In this document: piece by piece, positions 1-12,030 of the stretch
Layout of the letters: the number at the start of each line of letters is the position of its first letter
Numbering within the stretch: position 1 is the stretch's first letter
From: Isurus oxyrinchus
Taxonomy: Eukaryota
Length of the DNA: 64,000 nt
Reading direction: 5' to 3'
Assembly (NCBI GenBank): GCA_026770705.1
Contig: JANJGN010000015.1
Coordinates: forward strand, 118,978,001-119,042,000
Made by a program: the position numbers and the translations under genes
The notes under the pieces: generated by a model
Database searches by the model: none
Seen by the model: only the letters and a program-made list of their open reading frames with translations
What the model was told of the DNA's origin: nothing

Positions 1-249
1 TGACATGAATGTGAAAATTGGTGTTGATTTTTCTTCTGCTGGCAGTCTAAATGGTAGCAACTCAACTTCAGCAGCAGTGCCTTTGTATCAGCAGTCATAT
101 AAATGGCTGCACGTTCATCCAGGGGTGCTCAGCTTACTAAGTCCTCCCAGGAAACACTCATGCAGAAAAATATCTCAGAGCAGTAAGCAGGTGGGCACTG
201 AGCAAGACATGAAAGGTTTAGGGGGAAGAGACCCAAGGCACAATTAGAG

Positions 250-880
250 ATAGGCTTTAATGGAGGTCTTTGAAGGCAGCAAGAGGATAGAAAAGCTAAG
301 ATTCTTTCGGAAGAAATTCCAAAGGACAATATTGGGGTTGCTTAAAAAGCAGCCTCTAATGGTAAAATGGAGCAAGTGGGAGTGAATCAGAGGAACAGAC
401 AGTGCAAACTAGAATCTACAGCTGGAAAAGGTGTCCGAGAAAGGCCAGCACAGTGTCGAGGAGGAATCTGAGCACAGAAAGAGGATCTTGAAATCTTTTC
501 ACTTGGGGATTGTGATCCAGTGAAATTTAACAAAGATTGAGTTAATAGGTGTGCTGGGACAGGCATGGAGTTCTGGATTTTGTGAAGCTTTAGTGGGGAA
601 GGATTGCAAGGAAAACATTTGATAAAAAGAAAATTAATCCCCAAGACATAATTAAAGGTTTCAACATTGTGAGTTCAATGTGCAAAGGGAGGGCTGAATT
701 TATTGGATGGGGTGGAGGTGGGTAATGTTCCATATGTAGGAAAAGACAGACATTATGATGTGCCAGATGTTGGATATAATGTTCAATTTGAGATTGATCA
801 GAGGACTGAGGTTGCACATTGCTGGAATCAGCCTGAGTGATTGATAGAGTCAAGAGTTCAGGCTACAAAGAGGCTGCAAA
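250..880 (-). mobile_element. Old L2-type LINE 3' fragment (decayed)
   Basis: Purine-rich pattern resembling the reverse complement of L2 3' ends; recognised by eye, boundaries approximate. Confidence 0.4.
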
Positions 881-1526
881 TTGCTGGCCACTGGGCTCCT
901 TTCTCAAATTAGGACGCATCTGAAACTAGAAAAGTTGTGATTGTAACTAAATGCAATGCAATTCTTTACCAGTTGCATCTCTTTGAAATCATGCAGTACA
1001 AACGGCAGAAGATTCCTTTTCAGCATCTGGTACCACTACTCTTCATGAGTAGCCAACCAACAAGGAAAGGCTGGCAATGCCAGGCACAATCACACAACCA
1101 GCTGATGTTTAACATATTGGCCCATCTTAGGATTTTCACAGTCTTAAAATACTGGAAGCTAAATTTTTTTTTTGCCCCAATTGCGGTGGGGTGAGATCTC
1201 TGGCAGCCAGTCTGGAGTGACGGTTGACCCTATACCAAATTTCTGGAATTGATTCAGCTTCATAAAGGAAGACAGGGCAGTTGCCTGTGCCATTTACATT
1301 GTTCCTCGAGTGCTTTCTCTGCAGCTGTTAGGAATATAGGATTCACTCTGCTGATTCAATGGGCAGTGGGGTGCAGGGGCTAAGTGTAAACTGTTGTGGC
1401 CAAAGGTTATTTGAAGAACTCCCCTTTCAAAGTGATTGTTTTGTAGCCAAATGCACTGGAAAGCCACACTGTGGGCCCCAGCCCCACCCTTACACTGTAG
1501 GCTACAGCCATGTCACTTGTACGTTA

Positions 1527-2215
1527 ATAAAAACAGAAAGTGCTGGAAAAACTCGGCAGGTCTGGCAGCATCTGTGGAGAGAGAAACAGGGTTAACGTTT
1601 CGAATTGAATTACTCTTTAGAACTGAAATGGGGTAGAAATGTTTTATGTTGTTGAAAGGGGAGGAAGGGGTAGGACAAAAGGGAAGCTTTGGGATAGAGT
1701 AGAGGGCGGGAGAGATTAAATGACAAAAGTTGTTACGGGAACAATAGGCAAAAGGAGTGGCAATCATAGTAGTAAAGAAACAAAGCATTGATCCAGGTTA
1801 GGTGTTAATGGCAGAATAAAAATAAGCTCTACCTGAAAGCAAAAACATGAAAACAAGTCACAGACAAGGCACAGGCAAAATAAATCAAAATGGGGGACAG
1901 AGTTCATGTTCTGAAGTTGTTGAACTCAATGTTGAGTCCAGAAGGTGCCGTGCCTAATCAGAAGCTGAGGTGCTGCTCCTCAAGTTTGCAACGAGCTACA
2001 ATGGAACATTGCAGCAGGCAAAGGATAAAAATGTGAGCGCAAGAGCATTAAAATGGCCAGCAACCAGAAGGTCAGGATCATGCTTGCAGATTGAGTGGAG
2101 GTCCCGCAGAGCGGTCACCCAGTTTGCGTTTGATCTCTCCAATGTCAAGGAGATTGCATTGTGAGCAGCGTACAGTATACTAAATGTAATACAAGTAAAT
2201 CACTGCTTCACCTGG
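1527..2215 (-). mobile_element. Penelope-like element 3' fragment (GIY-YIG endonuclease remnant plus terminal repeat)
   Basis: Minus-strand translation gives interrupted motifs like LVYC..CSQCNLLDIGEIKRKLGDR (~2110-2185) and KLEEQHL.F.LG..PSGLNIEFNNFR (~1910-1990), typical of PLE GIY-YIG C-termini. It ends in the same GCTGGAAAAACTC.GCAGGTCTGGCAGCATC repeat as the short copies elsewhere. Confidence 0.85.
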
Positions 2216-2649
2216 AAGTAGCGTCTCAGGACAAGGATGCTGACTTGCGCTTTAGGATGGTCGCAAAAATACAGAAATTACAGGATTTCTCACAAATGTC
2301 ATCATCCCACCGATCTCATGTCTTTGCTCACAAGAAGTGTGAGCAGGAAAAGGGAAAGATCTGGTGGAATTGATCTTCAGCTGCCTGCCTCCCTTAGAAA
2401 GTGGTATAATTCAGTCAGAGACTAGGATCTTAAATCTAAACAAAGAAACTATGAAGGTATGAGGGGAAAATTGGCTATGGTAGATGGGGAAAAAATGTAC
2501 GATGGTGGGCAGGCGATGGCTAATATTTAAAGAACTAACACATGGCTCACAACAAAAATACATTCCTTTAATGCACAAAACATAGCAAGTGCTGGGCTCC
2601 AACCCAGTGTTCCAACTGTGACGAATGAAAGAAATCAAGGATTTTTTTT

Positions 2650-3130
2650 TTGTTCGTTCATGGGCATCACTGGCTAGGCCAGCATTTATTGCCCACCCTT
2701 GTTCAGGGGGCATTTAAGGGTCAACCACATTGCTGTAAGTTTGGAGTCACATGTAGGCCAGACCAGGTAAGGACGTTAGTGAACCAGACAAGTTTTTATG
2801 ACAATCGGCAATTGATTCATCGTCATCATCAGACTTTTAATCCAAATTTTTTCTTTTATTTTTTCCATTCCCAGAAGTACTGCAATACAGATCGATGCAT
2901 GGAGTGGACAGATCAAGCCCCAATTCCATCTCCTTCATCCAAAAATCAATTTAATATATGGTCCCCAGATAAGGGACGTATCAGATATTAAACTGATTAG
3001 AACAGATACTACACTTGAATTCAAATTTCACCATCTACCATGGTGGGATTTGAACCCAGGTCCCCAGATCATTACCCTGGGGTCTTTGGAATACTAGTCA
3101 GTGACAATACTACTACGCCACTATCTCCCT
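2650..3130 (-). mobile_element. tRNA-derived SINE (HE1-like) inserted in CR1
   Basis: Minus-strand head TGGCGTAGTAG (A box) and GGTTCAAATCC (B box, ~3047-3057); A-rich tail at 2642-2651; similar copy at 55905-56278. Confidence 0.8.
2865..3018 (-). pseudogene. RNU2: U2 snRNA retropseudogene (about nt 27-180 of U2)
   Basis: Reverse complement reads TCAAGTGTAGTATCTGTTCTAATCAGTTTAATATCTGATACGTCC...ATATATTAAATTGATTTTTGG...GTCCACTCCATGCATCGA...TATTGCAGTACTTC, matching vertebrate U2 including the GUAGUA branch-recognition sequence and the Sm site. The first ~26 nt are absent and an A-rich tail follows. Confidence 0.95.
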
Positions 3131-3864
3131 AAATTAGATCAAAGGAAGAGGCATATAAAATGGCCAAAAAATGGTAAGCCTGAGGATTGGGAGCATTATA
3201 AGAATTCTGCAAAGGAGGACCTAGAGAAAGATTAACAAAGGTAAATAGAAAATGAGAGTAACTTAGCGAGAAACATAAAACCAGATTGTAAAAGTTGCTA
3301 TAGGTTATGTAAAAAGGAAAAGATTAGCAAAAACAAATGTGGGGCCGTTACAAGTGGAGTCATAAAACATTATAATGGGGAATAAGGAAATGGCAGAGAA
3401 ACTAAACAAATACTTTGTGTCGATCTTCATGGAGGAAAATATTATAAACCTCTCAGAAAACCCAAAAATAATGGAGAAGCAAGGGACTAGTATAAATGAG
3501 GAACTACACATTATCAATATAGGTAAAAAAAATAGTACTAGAGAAATTAATGGAACCTAAAGTAGATAAACTCCCTGGACTTGATGGTCTACATCCCAGA
3601 GTGTTGAAAGAGGTGGCTGTAGAATAGTAGATCAATGAATGGTTCCTGAAGATTGGAGGTGACAAATGTAACACCGCTATTTAAGAAAGGAGGGAGAGAG
3701 AAAACGCATCTGTTAACCAGACATCAGTCATAGAGAAAATACTAGAATCTACAATAAAGGATGTGATAACAGGACACTTGGAAAATAAGGGAAGGATTGG
3801 GCAGAGCCAACATGGATTTGAAAGGGAAATCATGTTTAACAAACTTATTGGAGCTTTTTTTTTT

Positions 3865-4750
3865 ACTGCCCGGCAGTATCAGAGAAACTTACATATCATT
3901 ATTTCTGGGGAGTCACTAACGACCCCCTGTGGGCTGTACAGGCCAAATTCAAAGAAAGCTGTCCAAAGGCCATCTGCATTTCATACCCCATGCTGGCCAA
4001 CAAGAGTCTGCCCATCTGCTAAAAGAATCCACAACCTTCCTTTCAATTCTTAATGGTTGAAACATTTAACAATCTAGGGGACCCAGACGAGGGATAAACA
4101 TCCTTTGTCAAAGACAAAGTGTGGTGAGGTGGAAGTCATGTGACCTGGGCCTCTGGCTTGTGGAACAAATAATATTGCCTTGCTGTTTACCATCTAACTG
4201 GCAGCCTCACAAGAAAAACTCTGCCTAGGTTGAACACCTCGCCCATCTACACTAATTATGCTGGAAATTCTATACCATCACCTACAAGTCTGATTCATCT
4301 CTGCATGCCTATCTCACCGTGTGAAGTCAACATCACTGGAAAAGTGAATTATCCAGTATTGCATTTCCACCCACCAATCTCCATGAAGAAGTATCTCATT
4401 GGACTTGATTCTGGACTCTGGAACCCATGTGAAGCAATATTTTTTCCTCTGTAGTCTCTGCAGTGTAAATCTTTTCTTTATCCTTCTCTTTACTGTCTGA
4501 GCGGGGAAGGCCATGTTGTGACTCTCCTTTCGCATTTTGAGTGTATGCAAATAAACTAACCTTTTGAGTTCATCCTATTTCAAGTCTGCTGTGGGACATT
4601 AATAGAAAATTGGACTGCACCAGAACCGAGAGGTTGAGGAATATGCTACTGCTATTAAAGAGGGAAACAAATCAAAGCATCTGCTTATGGGAAGGTGGTG
4701 AGAGGAGAAATTAATATTGTTTAAATTAAACCCCCCTCCTGTCCATTAGC
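3865..4750 (+). mobile_element. LTR-like insertion within the CR1
   Basis: ~0.9 kb non-CR1 segment interrupting the RT region; AATAAA at ~4550; ends ...TTAGCA; 5' end and TSD not identifiable (adjacent CR1 sequence appears deleted). Confidence 0.45.
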
Positions 4751-6621
4751 AGGAATAAATGGATAATTTTCAAGTTGGCAGGCTGTGACTAGTGGGGCAT
4801 GGCTAAGATCAGTGCTTGGGCCCCAGCCATTCAATCTAATTCAATGATTTGGATGTGAGGATTAAATGTAATATTTCCAAGTTTGCAGGTGCCACAAAAC
4901 TAGGTGGAAGTGTGAGTTGTAAGGAGGATGCACAGATGCTTCAAGGAGATTTAGAGAGGCTAAGCAAGGGTGGAAAAATTTGGCAGATGGAAAACAATGT
5001 GGAGAAATGTGAGCTTATCCACTTTGGCAGGAAAAACAGAAATACAGAGTATTTCTTAATTAATGAGAGGCTGGTAAGTATTGATCTTCAAAAGGACCTG
5101 GGTGTCCTTGTTCATGAGTCACCGAAAGCTAACATGCAACTACAGCAAGCAATTAAGAAGGCAAATGGTATATTGGCCTTTATTATTTGGGTATAGAAGT
5201 AAAGATGTCTTACTGTGATTACATAGAGCCTTGGCGAGACTGCACCTGGAGTAGTGTGTGCAGTTTTGGTCACCTTACTTAAGGAAAGAAATACCTGCCA
5301 ATGAGGGGGGGTTCACTAAATTAATTTCTGGGTTGGAGGCATAGTCCTAGGAGAAAAGATTAAATAGTCTAGTCCTTTATTCTATGGAGTTTAGAAGAAT
5401 AAGAGGCATCTCATTCAAACACACAAAATTCTTCCAAGGCTAGACTGGGTAGAAGCAGGAAGGATGTTTCCCTTGGATGCGGAGTCTAGATCTAGGGGAC
5501 ACAGTCTCAGAATTAGGGGAAAGCCATTTAGGACTAAGATGAGGAAGAATTTCTTCACTCAGAGGGTGATGAACCTTTGGAATTCTCTGCACTAGAGGGC
5601 TGTGGAGGCTCAGTCATTGAGTATGTTCAAGAATTGAAGTCGATAGATTTCTACATATTAAAAACATTAAGGGGTATGGGGATAGTGTAGGAAAATGTTG
5701 TTGAAGTAGATGATCAGCTATGACCTTAATGAATGGCAGAGTGGGATCGAAGGACTGAATGGTCTACTCCTGCTCCTATTTTTTATGCGCCTTCCCTCTT
5801 CGGCCCTGCCATGAGCTCACTGACTGGCAGAACATGTTTGAGGGACTGAATGGCTTACTCCTGTTCCTATGTTCCCTCCCTGGACAACTGGTGTATATCC
5901 CACTCCCGACTCTCCTGCAGGCCTCCGAATAAGAATGAAAATTCAGGCCCACTTCTGGTCAGAAATAGAAGTAGTTAAAACCAGACTTTAAAATTGCAAA
6001 AGGTCTTGCGCACTATTAAAACTTCTGCACTCTTTTTTTTAAAATCAGGTATAAAATTCAGAAGTTGTGTCAAAGTAACTGAACTAACAGAGTGTTCTCA
6101 CCGTTTTATCCTGCTTTAACCTGGGGCGTGGCCCTGATCTGAAGTAGAATTTTCCAAATTCCAAGTTTCAGTCCAGGCTCAGTTTTAAATATACAGGCGG
6201 AACTAGTTCCTGGATCAGTGACACCCATATCATTTCTGTAATTTATGATGTGGGGGCAGGGATTACTGAAAGCTTTGAAACGCTAGTAAACTTGCAGCAG
6301 CCCAAACAGCACAAACCAGTTTTACAGAATCCACGTAGTCAGATACAAAGACTGTGACATTCAAATCACAGGCACATTTTTCAAAAAAATGTTTGAAGGG
6401 CAAGAGTGCAACAATATTTGTAAAAACAGTACGCAAATGTTGAAGTAGGACAAGGTAGTGGTATTGAAAGATATGCTTTCAAACATTGGCTGTAAGAATC
6501 CCAGCACTACTCTCCAGACCAGTCCATAGCTGAAACCAGGATAGACAAAGCCCTCCCCTGGAGGGCTCGATGATGAGTGACAACATGAGAAAAGGCTGTA
6601 TGAAACTGCAACCGTTCTCAC

Positions 6622-6642
6622 CATGGGGGTGGAGGGGATGCA
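6622..6642 (-). CDS. 21-nt microexon of an unidentified minus-strand gene
   Basis: Minus strand: ...cttctcatctttctctttccctgcag|TGCATCCCCTCCACCCCCATG|gtgaga. Strong polypyrimidine tract, CAG acceptor, GTGAG donor, frame-preserving length, no stop in any frame (CIPSTPM / xHPLHPH / xASPPPP). Confidence 0.7.
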
Positions 6643-7242
6643 CTGCAGGGAAAGAGAAAGATGAGAAGCAACAAGTACAGTATAGTTGGAGCTAACTTGT
6701 AACCGAAACAAAGTTCCTTTAGAGGTTCTTCCCATAAGTTAAGGCATTAAAATCCATTATTCAAAGCATTTACTGCTTATGTGATGATACTATCTCAGTA
6801 GAAGTGTACAAAACATCACTTCCTAGTTTAATGTAAGATAGAAGGCCCTATAGTTTTGAACTGTAGGATCCCATTTCGAGTCTTTTACTTACTGAAGTAC
6901 ATTAGTTCCTGCTCTGAATTCCTTCCTCTTTTGCTGCATGAACATGTTGGTAATTTAAGGCAAGATTATTGTTTCATTGCAAAGTTAATGAAACAGATCA
7001 AAGTGTGTTAAACACAAATAATTTGACTATATTTTGGGCTTTAAGGGAAGGAGCAAGTATAAAATTTGATTGCTATTTAAAACAAATCCTTCTGTTGACA
7101 AAATAGATCTAAAATTAAGACACTGCACTCTGTCTTAGATTTCAAGTTCTATGTTTCATTATACAATTGTATGAAGGTCAAACTTACTATCCTAAACTCA
7201 ATAGAACAATGTTATAGTTTTCAAGAAAAAAATAGGGAATTC

Positions 7243-7243
<1 letters not shown>

Positions 7244-7282
<39 letters not shown>

Positions 7283-7302
7283 CATATATATACACACACA
7301 CA
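7244..7302. repeat. (TA)n/(CA)n microsatellite
   Basis: Direct reading. Confidence 0.95.
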
Positions 7303-7829
7303 CTTTTATTTGTAAGTATATTTAGATTTTTGCTAATGTCACATTCTCCTTGCTCACAAACCGTACTTTCTTGTCATGACCTTCAGTCATGCTTTTCTGT
7401 CAACGTTCTGTAAATTTCTATGTCAACATTTTCTCTAGCTATGTAGTTGCAGGCTCTGGCCACTACATGACTCTGTGGAGAGAGTTTCTGAAGCATTTCG
7501 CACTTTTGTAGTAAATAGTATCCTTCATGTTTATAACTAATCTCAAGCAACACCAAAAAACAATTTCAAGTGCATAGATTACAATTAAAAATCTTATATA
7601 TATTCACTTTGTGTTGGAGGGGGCTGTTGGGGGGGGCCATTGGGGATGTAGTTACAAGTTTACATAAGTAGTGTCTATTATAAATGTGGACTAAGTAATT
7701 TATCATGAAAATATAGAAATAATGAAACAATTTACCACTTTAAAATCCAGACAAAATTATATCTAAGTGCCCTGTTTCAAATGTCCCTTCTTGAGTCCAA
7801 GTACATAGTCATTTAAAGCTAGTAGACAG

Positions 7830-8460
7830 ATACAAAAAGTAATCAAAAAGGCTCAAAAGAGTGTTGGCCTTTATCGCAAGGCAATTGTACTATACAGGGA
7901 AGGGAATCATACTTCATATAAAGTGTCTTGGTCAGGCCCACATCTGTAGGAATGGCTTTGGGTTCCACAGCAAGGATTTAGTAATCCAGGTTCTGTAGCC
8001 TAGATTTACCAGAATGATACCAGGATTTAAATGGTTAACAGGTTGCATAAAGCTGGATTGACCATGTTCTATAAAACATGGAATGGACTGCTGGAAACTG
8101 ATAGTTGCAAGTACATGGTGCCCTCCAGCATGACAAAACATGGTAACCCATCCACACAAACTAAAAAGACCATTTTTCCAAGACAATGTAGCAACAATCT
8201 TTCTTCTCATGGGCATGTCTACATTGGAACAAGCTGCCAAAGGAAACAGTCACAGCTCCATCACTTGAAATCTTCAAGACCCATCTTCAGATTATTTCCA
8301 TTTAAAAACTTTCATTATCAGAACTACCATTCCAGGAGGTCATGCTTGGTTTAGCTAGTGCTACCCAAACAAATGTTGTTGGATAATAGTCTGTGATGCC
8401 AACATAAGTAAAGCAGAAGCCTGTATTCTCAAGATTACAGAAGATTGAGGGGTGATTTAA
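7830..8460 (+). mobile_element. Old CR1 3' fragments
   Basis: Decayed motifs TTGGTCAGGCCACATCTG, TTTACCAGAATGATACCAGG, AGAAGATTGAGGGGTGATTTAATTGA. Confidence 0.55.
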
Positions 8461-8826
8461 TTGAATGCAGCCACATAATGTACATGAGGAAAATGAAGAA
8501 TTTAGAAGTCAGGGACTATAAGAAATGCAGTACAGACTGATGGGAGAGGGAACTCTCTCCCACCATCCTTTCTCCAATTCAAAGCATGAACATTTTGGGG
8601 GCCAGATTAGGATAATGGGCTAGAAAGTTGTTTTGGGTGGTAGGCAAAACAAGAAGCATCACATCAGCCACTGTTGCACACCCACTTGAAGTTCTAATGA
8701 AACCAGTGGAAAACAAGAGATCAATGTGTTATCAATCACTTTACGCTACTGCTCAGGATGAATTTCTGTTTTGAGATATTATTTTCTGCTTAATTCAGAT
8801 TTCAAAAGCCTGATATGTAAGAATGT

Positions 8827-9487
8827 GGGTCAGGATTTTCAGAAACCGATGGGAACAGGCATATAATTTCACACGACCAACTGGCATGCAAGTTTGCTAG
8901 CACCTTCCTGCCCAGAGACATTTCCAGGAAGATTAGAACAGCAGGCAGAACAGTTACCTGCCCACAAGTAGCAGGGAGCTTGTTAAGGAAATGAACGGGC
9001 CAATTAAGGCCATTGATCAAAGTCTGACAGAAATTTTCCATTTGGCCTCTGAGCTCCCTGCAGTGTCGGGAGCAGGGCAGCTACTAGGGTGTAGCTGCTC
9101 AGTGGTAGGCTGAGAGGACCAGTGCTCCAGGATGATTTTGAGTCACCCACAGCCTACTGGCTACAATGGTGGTCTGGCAACTCTGGACTTTTTATTTTAC
9201 TTTAAACAATTTAAAAGATGAAGGCTCTCTCTCCCTTGCCCAAAATGGCTTGGCTGTAGCACCTTGTGTGTTAGAGGATCTCCTGTTAGTCCTCCAGCCT
9301 TGAGAGCCCACCCACCATTCTTAGTCGAATGGCAAATATGCCCTCTGGCCACTAATCCAGGCAAAACTGATGCTGGGGGACTGCTCCCAACGTGGATCAC
9401 CTGCATTTGACCCTGATGTCGGGGTACCCTGACATCAGGGTCAAATGCAGGTGATTCATGTGGACCCAAAATGGAAAAGCCTGTCCC
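8827..9487. mobile_element. GC-rich MITE, PIF/Harbinger-like
   Basis: Imperfect TIRs GGGTCAGGATTTTC / GAAAAGCCTGTCCC; internal GGCCAATTAAGGCC motif shared with related copies. Confidence 0.65.
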
Positions 9488-9639
9488 TGGTCTCAGCGCT
9501 TATATTGTTAAAGCAATTGTCTGCCTTCAGGCAAACTAGTGGGTCTGATTTACAACGTTGTCATGGTGCTGAGGAAAACAATTTAATCACACAAATACCA
9601 CAGCCAGAGGATTCCTGGAATCCAAATTAATTTATTCTG

Positions 9640-9972
9640 AGTTTTGGTTAGACCACACTTGGAATACTGTGAACAGTTCTGGTCTCCATATCATAAAAAG
9701 GTTTGGAAGCAGTGGAGAAGGTACAAAAACAATTTACTGGAATGATACCAGAACTGAGAAGATATACATACCAGGAAAGATTGGGCAGGCTGGGACTCTT
9801 TCCTCTAGATGAAAGAAAGCTGAAGGGTGGCTCGATAGAGGTCTTTAAAGTTATGAAAGGGTAGGGGCCATAAATACAAGATAGTCATTAATAAATCCAA
9901 TGGGGAATTCAAGAGAAACGTCTTTACCCAGGGAGTGGTTAGAATGTGGAAATTGTTACCACAAGACGTAGT
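9640..9972 (+). mobile_element. CR1 3' fragment
   Basis: TTGGTTAGACCACACTTGGAATACTGTGAACAGTTCTGGTCTCCA encodes LVRPHLEYCEQFWSP. Confidence 0.85.
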
Positions 9973-10625
9973 TAGAATCATGGAATGGTCATAGTACAAG
10001 AGGCCATTCAAGCCCATGTGTCCATGCCAGATTTCTGTGAGAACAATTCAGCTAATCCCACCTACTCCGTCTTTTCTTTTCCCCATAGCCCTACAAATAT
10101 TTTCTTTTTAGATAATTATCCAATTCCTTTTTGAAGACTACGATTGAACGTGCCTCCACCACACTCTCAGGCAGTGTACTCCAGATCCCAACAATGCATA
10201 AGAAAGCTTTTCCTCATGTCGTCTTTGGCTCTTTTGCCAATCGCCTTAACTCAGTATCCTCTGATTCTTGATCCATTGCCAATGGGAACAGTTTCTCCCT
10301 ATCGACATTATCCAGACCCCTCATGATTTTGGGCAGCTCTATCAAATCTCTCCTCGTTCTTCCCACCAAAACATATCACTCTCACTGTTCTGCGTTGAAC
10401 TTCATCTGCCACGTGTCAACCTATTCCACCAGCCTGTCTATGCCTTTTTGAAGTCTATCACTATCATCCTCACAGTAAGTCCAAAGTTTCTGTTATCTAC
10501 AAATTTTGAAATTGTGCCTTGCACGCCCAAGACTAACTCATTAACATAGATCAAGAAAAGCAGTGGTCTTAACATTGTCCCCCAGAGTCCCTGCTTTATA
10601 CCTTCCTCCAGTCCAAAAAATAACC
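9973..10625 (-). mobile_element. CR1 3' fragment, opposite orientation
   Basis: Minus-strand ORF piece LRPLLFLIYVNEL..GVQGTISKFVDN (RT core); begins with reversed CR1 tail AGAATCATGGAATGG...GAGGCCATTCAAGCCCAT. Confidence 0.85.
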
Positions 10626-10642
10626 CTCTGGAGGAACACTGA

Positions 10643-11411
10643 GGACTGAATTTAATGCCCCCGGTAGTGACCCCTTCCGCTAATCGGGAAGCTGCTGGCG
10701 ACCCTACTGCGGCCATTTCTGGGACCCCGGTGAAATTAGATGGCAGTCAGGCAGTCTGTTCCCTGCTGTCGAGGTTTCTGCTCCTCTAAGTTGAAGAGAC
10801 CACCTCCAACAGCTGCCAGCAGGGAGCCAGCAGCTCTTCACTCCTAGCAGCACCACTGGCAGCAGTGGCTACTGCTAGGGCTGCAGCAGACCCCGAAACA
10901 GAAGCACTGCTGAAAGCCCAGAGAAGAAGTGAGTGGGCTGGGCTCGTTGGAGTCAGTCAGCAGGCCCCGGGCGAGGGGCGGATGGTGATTGAGTTTCAAT
11001 GTAGAGGGCATGGTGGGCTGGCCTTTGGTGCCTGCAGAACCTTCTGTGGGGCATAGCGAGCCCAAACAGAAGGCACCCCCAACACCCAAGCCTGCAGCCA
11101 GGTCAGTCTATACTTGTCAGCCTGTCCACATAGCATCAGGTCCCTCACCACTGGTAGAATATAAGGTGTGTGGGATGACACCCTTAAATGGGCCTTAATT
11201 GGCTAGTTAAAAGACCTCAGTAGGCCTAGGGATGGGAAGGCCATTCCCACCACAACCCCCGTCCACCCTCATCCATCCCAACAGAATCAGGAAGGATTCA
11301 GGAAGGTGATGGGCTCTCCCATCTGCATCTTCCTGATCGATTATATGGCAATGTGCCCCCCACCCCCCCAACCTCCCAGCCCACTCCCAGGAGAAGCATT
11401 AAATTCTGCCC
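10643..11411. mobile_element. GC-rich MITE, PIF/Harbinger-like
   Basis: 16-bp TIRs GGACTGAATTTAATGC / GCATTAAATTCTGCCC (2 mismatches), flanked by 3-bp TSD TGA (10640-10642, 11412-11414). Confidence 0.8.
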
Positions 11412-11664
11412 TGATTCATTGACAGCAACCTCTGGATTTCCATGTTATTATGCATATGTATGGACTCCAGTTGCTGTCAGTTTCAGTAAAGTAATGGCAG
11501 CAAAAGCTGACAGTTTCACGATCAATATTACTCCAAAATCTGGGCCATTATGAATAAAATACTGCTATTGAATTAAGGCCTCTTTCTGAAAATGTAGGGG
11601 TTTTTTTCCTCCAAATTTGCACTTGATAGTGATTAAATGTGAGTTTATTCAAAACTCTGCTACT

Positions 11665-12030
11665 TGTATCCTAACTTGCATCAAGTCACTCATCATCCAT
11701 GTAGTCATGACATATATTGGCTCCAAGGCCAAAATGCCTCAATTGTAAGGTTCTCCTCATTGTGTTCAAATCCTCCCATGGCAACAACAACTCTCCCCAT
11801 CTCTGTAATCTCCTCCAACCCTACAACTGTTCAAGATCTCTGCAGTCCACTGACTCAGCTCTCTTGTCCAGTCCCAAATCCTTCTTTCCACCATTGGTGG
11901 CCATGCCTTCAGTTATTTGGAATTCAGTTCATTCCATAAATCTCTATGCCTATCCATCCGCCCTTAGGACACTCTTTAAAACCTACCGCTTTAACCAAGC
12001 ATTTGGTCACAATTCCTAATGTCTCCTTCA
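11665..12030 (+). mobile_element. L2 LINE 3' end
   Basis: Typical motifs TATATTGGCTCC...TCCTCATTGTGTTCAAATCC...GGTGGCCATGCCTTCAG...AAAACCTACCGCTTTAACCAAGC; same family as 42616-43110. Confidence 0.75.

Larger units (their letters stand above)
2220..5790 (+). mobile_element. CR1-family LINE, 5'-truncated and decayed ORF2, interrupted by nested insertions
   Basis: ORF fragments MGNKEMAEKLNKYFVSIF (3375), GRIGQSQHGF (3763), ISKFAGATKLGG...LQGDLERL...W.MENNVEKC (4849; RT 'FADD' region mutated), ..RLHLE.CVQFWSP (~5235-5275), and CR1 3' tail GAATGGTCTACTCCTGCTCCTAT. Confidence 0.93.

Noticed and set aside
2865-3018. Functional U2 snRNA gene
   Set aside because: Lacks the 5' ~26 nt, has multiple substitutions and an A tail, sits inside a SINE, and has no evident PSE or 3' box
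6568-6612. C/D snoRNA suggested by ATGATGA
   Set aside because: No CTGA D box or terminal stem at a suitable distance
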